NCBI RefSeq assembly: GCF_006345805.1
Contig: NW_021828304.1
Location: 1 to 9,320, forward strand
Reading direction: 5' to 3'
From: Octopus sinensis
Lineage: Eukaryota
Length of the DNA: 9,320 nt
The number at the start of each line of letters is the position of its first letter. The first letter of the stretch is position 1. The position numbers were made by a program, and so were the translations under genes. The notes beneath the pieces are model-generated. The model did not search any database. It was not told the origin of the DNA and was given only the letters and a program-made list of their open reading frames with translations. Shown here piece after piece: positions 8,214 to 9,320 of this stretch.

Positions 8214-8259
8214 GACATCTGATGAAGGCTGGCGGGTATATCAGCCGAAACGTTGTGTT
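8214..8259 (+). ncRNA. Minimal type I hammerhead ribozyme motif of the Penelope-like element type
   Basis: Stem I is GACAT (8214-8218) with GTGTT (8255-8259), including two G-U pairs. The core is CTGATGA (8219-8225), an extra A, and GAAA (8247-8250). Stem II is GGCTG (8227-8231) with CAGCC (8242-8246). Helix III is the palindrome ACGT (8250-8253), with a GUU triplet at 8252-8254. Confidence 0.82.
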
Positions 8260-8304
8260 AACAACAAACAAGATGAGGACAAATATCCGTCAATAGTAAA
8301 TAAT

Positions 8305-8590
8305 ATGTATACGTTTGTGTGTGCACACATTCAATATATATGCCCACAAATGCATATATATTTATATACATATGCACACGCATGCATATATATTCATATA
8401 TATGTACACACGCATGTATATATTATCATATATATATATATACACACATGTATATATATTCCTATATATATATACACATGTATATACACATTCATATATA
8501 TATATACACATGTATATATATTCATATATATATATATATATACACTAATGTATATATATATATACACTAAACACACACACACACACATTC
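8305..8590. repeat. TA/CA low-complexity tract
   Basis: Read directly from the sequence. Confidence 0.9.
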
Positions 8591-8592
8591 AT

Positions 8593-8870
8593 AAAGATGG
8601 GAAAATAGTCAGAAATGATGGCGGTATCTTTTCTTTCGTTGTTTGTATATTTATGTTCTGATACGAAAATCTTTGTATTTTCCTAAGGAAACGTTGGGAT
8701 ACCGCTTAATCCTTTTATCTTGCGTCTTTATGAAAAGCATTTAAACAGCTTTCCATCTTTTCTTTAGGAAAATGCAGACTTTTTTTTTTATATCTGTAAA
8801 TAAATAAATAAATGAATGAATAATGAAAGAAAATATATCTCCATCGTTTCTGACTTGCTTTTCTATCCTT
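8593..8870. mobile_element. MITE-like foldback element (long imperfect inverted repeats)
   Basis: The left arm (8593-8709) pairs with the right arm (8741-8870). Core matches are 8607-8637 versus revcomp 8825-8855 (27/31) and 8674-8699 versus revcomp 8751-8776 (21/26). The spacer is 31 bp. Confidence 0.72.
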
Positions 8871-8909
8871 GTTGATATATTCCACAGCACACTACCAATA
8901 ACTTTTAGC

Positions 8910-9081
8910 CATGTGTGTGCGCACGTGTATATATGTATATATACATACATGCACACACACACACATATTATATATATATATGTATACATATATACGTACA
9001 TATACATTTATCAACACATATATACATATATTCATATATATACATACGCACACACGCATATATATATACATTTCTACACAC

Positions 9082-9150
<69 letters not shown>

Positions 9151-9320
9151 TGCATATGTATACATATGTATATATATGTGTATATATACATATATATACA
9201 TATGCATATCTATACGTATACATACCTATGCATGTATATATTCATACATACATATATATGCATATATATGTATACAAACATATATATGCATATATATGTA
9301 TACAAACATATATATGCATA
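8910..9320. repeat. TA/CA low-complexity tract ending in a 28-bp palindromic tandem unit
   Basis: acatatatatgcatatatatgtatacaa occurs at 9250 and 9278, with a partial copy at 9306. Confidence 0.9.

Noticed and set aside
9248-9273. 26-bp perfect palindrome
   Set aside because: Expected by chance in TA/CA/TGCA low-complexity DNA.

Overview
AT-rich eukaryotic non-coding DNA saturated with micro- and minisatellites. The repeat style resembles coleoid cephalopod (Octopus-like) genomes, but that is recall and is unverified. No intact host gene is supported, and nearly all ORFs in the track are translations of di- or trinucleotide repeats. Supported elements: (1) a decayed Tc1-family transposon on the minus strand, with a C-terminal DDE transposase remnant (6100-6596) and an IR/DR-type terminal repeat (5774-6000); (2) two minimal type I hammerhead ribozyme motifs on the + strand, at 5103-5143 and 8214-8259; (3) a tRNA-derived SINE head (7938-8012) joined through (AAT)n to the second hammerhead, with no Pol III terminator between them; (4) a hairpin-dense tract of about 250 nt carrying the first hammerhead; (5) a highly diverged but phase-conserved 20-bp tandem array (841-1289); (6) a MITE-like foldback of about 280 bp (8593-8870). 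About 1.2 kb (6597-7815) is complex sequence I could not identify. The most interesting candidate is the tRNA-head/(AAT)n/hammerhead composite, a possible Pol III-driven, Penelope-dependent ribozyme SINE.
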